This document shows, piece by piece, positions 63,401-64,000 of a DNA stretch of 64,000 nucleotides. The stretch spans positions 496,001-560,000 of the forward strand of contig NC_019977.1 of assembly GCF_000328665.1 (NCBI RefSeq), in the 5' to 3' direction. Numbering within the stretch: the stretch's first letter is position 1; each line of letters begins with the position of its first letter. The notes under the pieces were generated by a model, which saw nothing but the letters and a program-made list of their open reading frames with translations, was not told the origin of the DNA and made no database searches. The position numbers and the translations under genes are program-made. Source of the DNA: Methanomethylovorans hollandica DSM 15978 (GTDB lineage: Archaea; Halobacteriota; Methanosarcinia; Methanosarcinales; Methanosarcinaceae).

Positions 63401-64000
63401 TACGGTAATCTCAGCCTTGCAGAGGATCTGGAAGTCTCAACTGGTGAATTGTATAATATGACAGATGACGACTTTGAGAACTTCCTGAATAGCGTGCTGG
63501 AGGATTATCTTGAAGATATGAAATCAGAGCTCATCCCGTATGGTCTTCATGTCTTTGGGGTGGCTCCTGAAGGTGAGAAGCTTGTATCTATGGTAAGGTC
63601 CGTGCTGGGTGATGATTTCAGCGATCACATCTATAATGTGCTGGCTAAAGATAACGGAACCGAGGAAGACTGGGAAATAGAAGCAGATTCTGATGCCATG
63701 TTACTTTTGAATGCCACCCTGCTGAATGCAACTAACGTTTCAACTGCCCAGGTTGAGTTAATAGGTCTTACAAATGCCAATATCACAGCCGATCTTGAGC
63801 TGGCGCTGCAGTATGCAGATAACCTGGCTCAGACCACACGTGAGATCGACCAGACATTAAGGGCACTTAATGCTGAGTATATAGAACCTGGTACAGGCAA
63901 TGATCCTATCCGCAACCCGGGTGCACTGCCCACAGGTAAGAACTTCTACAGCTTTGACCAGAGGACCATTCCCGATGAAGAGACCGAAGCCATGGGAGAT
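60449..64000 (+). CDS. Secreted CobN/ChlH-family (de)chelatase-like protein, 3'-truncated by the window edge
   Basis: Not in the ORF track because no stop falls inside the window; signal peptide MQRKYVLTLVLSVLLLTSLTTVVSA; YYNHEGGK, HFGTHGTQEWLPG, GEGTQAKRRG, IDHLTPP, GLHVFG, LPTGKNFY. Confidence 0.9.
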   Translation, partial: MQRKYVLTLVLSVLLLTSLTTVVSAAGEKINITYIAYTPSDALQSASQTNVYSAYIDFTYIPAYNASYSASDELLSAVGSGFLGTQDVIFCDMVGSKVYNSNNGAVNATLQAAHDNGASLLSIRTSSAPSYFDYVSDGEGNDTICTYYNSMGTTGDGLTNAENLFIYLATEYSNLSEIINSNESPTDDGSNDNSSTGGSAVGTGDVKFLFVLGTDVNTAALNSAAAGADISSELSTTVIARGETVPQDLDFSGYSMIFIESRDEATVTNWGASINAAKANGAMVIGYNLSENITLPNADLYSANYTDIERYWVQGGEANMGNMLKFMGQKFSGAFAGQTIAAPAVVQEKVNVTYIINSDTSVYYMEQVLAERTVITDRFNVNVMTGGEAINSSNDFTNEDVIMLYMVGANELPQIKDKLLAAKNNGAQIGMFGMLSDVYGIATIDMANPPYVEMTEYLFNDGYINMENWIRCIGATLENVYIEHSVADEPIIPDDGIYHPDAFPRTFANSTEYLAWYADHGYNASAPTIGIIGNRLGKTSIEYNSEDAIIRELESRGCNVIYTTYAVCEDDVDYFTMNGEVIVDSIISVKGFYLNYNDHEKGIEYLQKYNVPVIKAIQDYYQTPDEFNESVLGLSSTSIPYQVTQPEIDGLTDYIWLAGRVQDEATEQYYYEPIKCQVEWLCDRAIAWAELGKETNADKKITILYYNHEGGKNNIGASYLDIGSSFTLLLEDMQAAGYNIGNGTIPNGSEFIDLFIESRNVGTWAPGELEKVVQSGYVTLLPVDEYLEWYETLPQSVRTEVEDTWGKAPGDVMTYENRSGKYFVIPTIQLGNVNFIPQPTRATLSDESLIYHNSSIPPTHQYLATYFWINDIYDADAMIHFGTHGTQEWLPGNEVGLWRYDYPSIMVAETPVVYPYIMDNVGEGTQAKRRGNAVIIDHLTPPIIEAGLYGDLATMSEKIQNYEDAKSDNKTGMMALYRNSTIQLYGNLSLAEDLEVSTGELYNMTDDDFENFLNSVLEDYLEDMKSELIPYGLHVFGVAPEGEKLVSMVRSVLGDDFSDHIYNVLAKDNGTEEDWEIEADSDAMLLLNATLLNATNVSTAQVELIGLTNANITADLELALQYADNLAQTTREIDQTLRALNAEYIEPGTGNDPIRNPGALPTGKNFYSFDQRTIPDEETEAMGD

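Noticed and set aside
1..64000. CRISPR array, tRNA or rRNA genes
   Set aside because: No regularly spaced repeats or cloverleaf/rRNA signatures seen

Overview
Archaeal chromosome segment from a Methanosarcinaceae-type methanogen. The assignment rests on the F430 genes cfbE-D-C-B, egsA, the aIF2gamma-PIN-rpo7-spt4-rps24e-rps27ae operon, an archaeal RNase P RNA and a DUF1628 pilin. An accessory island of about 17 kb (7853-25216), with short TIR-like inverted repeats at both edges, sits between the two convergent halves of a Ni/Co ECF transporter; each half has a NikR-like operator. The island carries (i) an apparently intact cbb3-type heme-copper oxidase as a single CcoN-CcoO-CcoP-like fusion with ccoS, a FixP_N/DUF420-like fusion and a cupredoxin lipoprotein, and (ii) a membrane-charge/Mg2+ set: MprF, two LPG-flippase proteins, a GT4 with a deacetylase, MgtA and CorA. 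Elsewhere are two IS elements with definable ends, a two-copy candidate structured RNA, unannotated small ORFs, probable non-canonical start codons and a Cys-less MsrA homologue. The right edge holds a DUF2162-ExbB-DUF2149-secreted CobN operon resembling Bacteroidetes hmuSTUV. All family assignments are by motif recognition; no searches were run.
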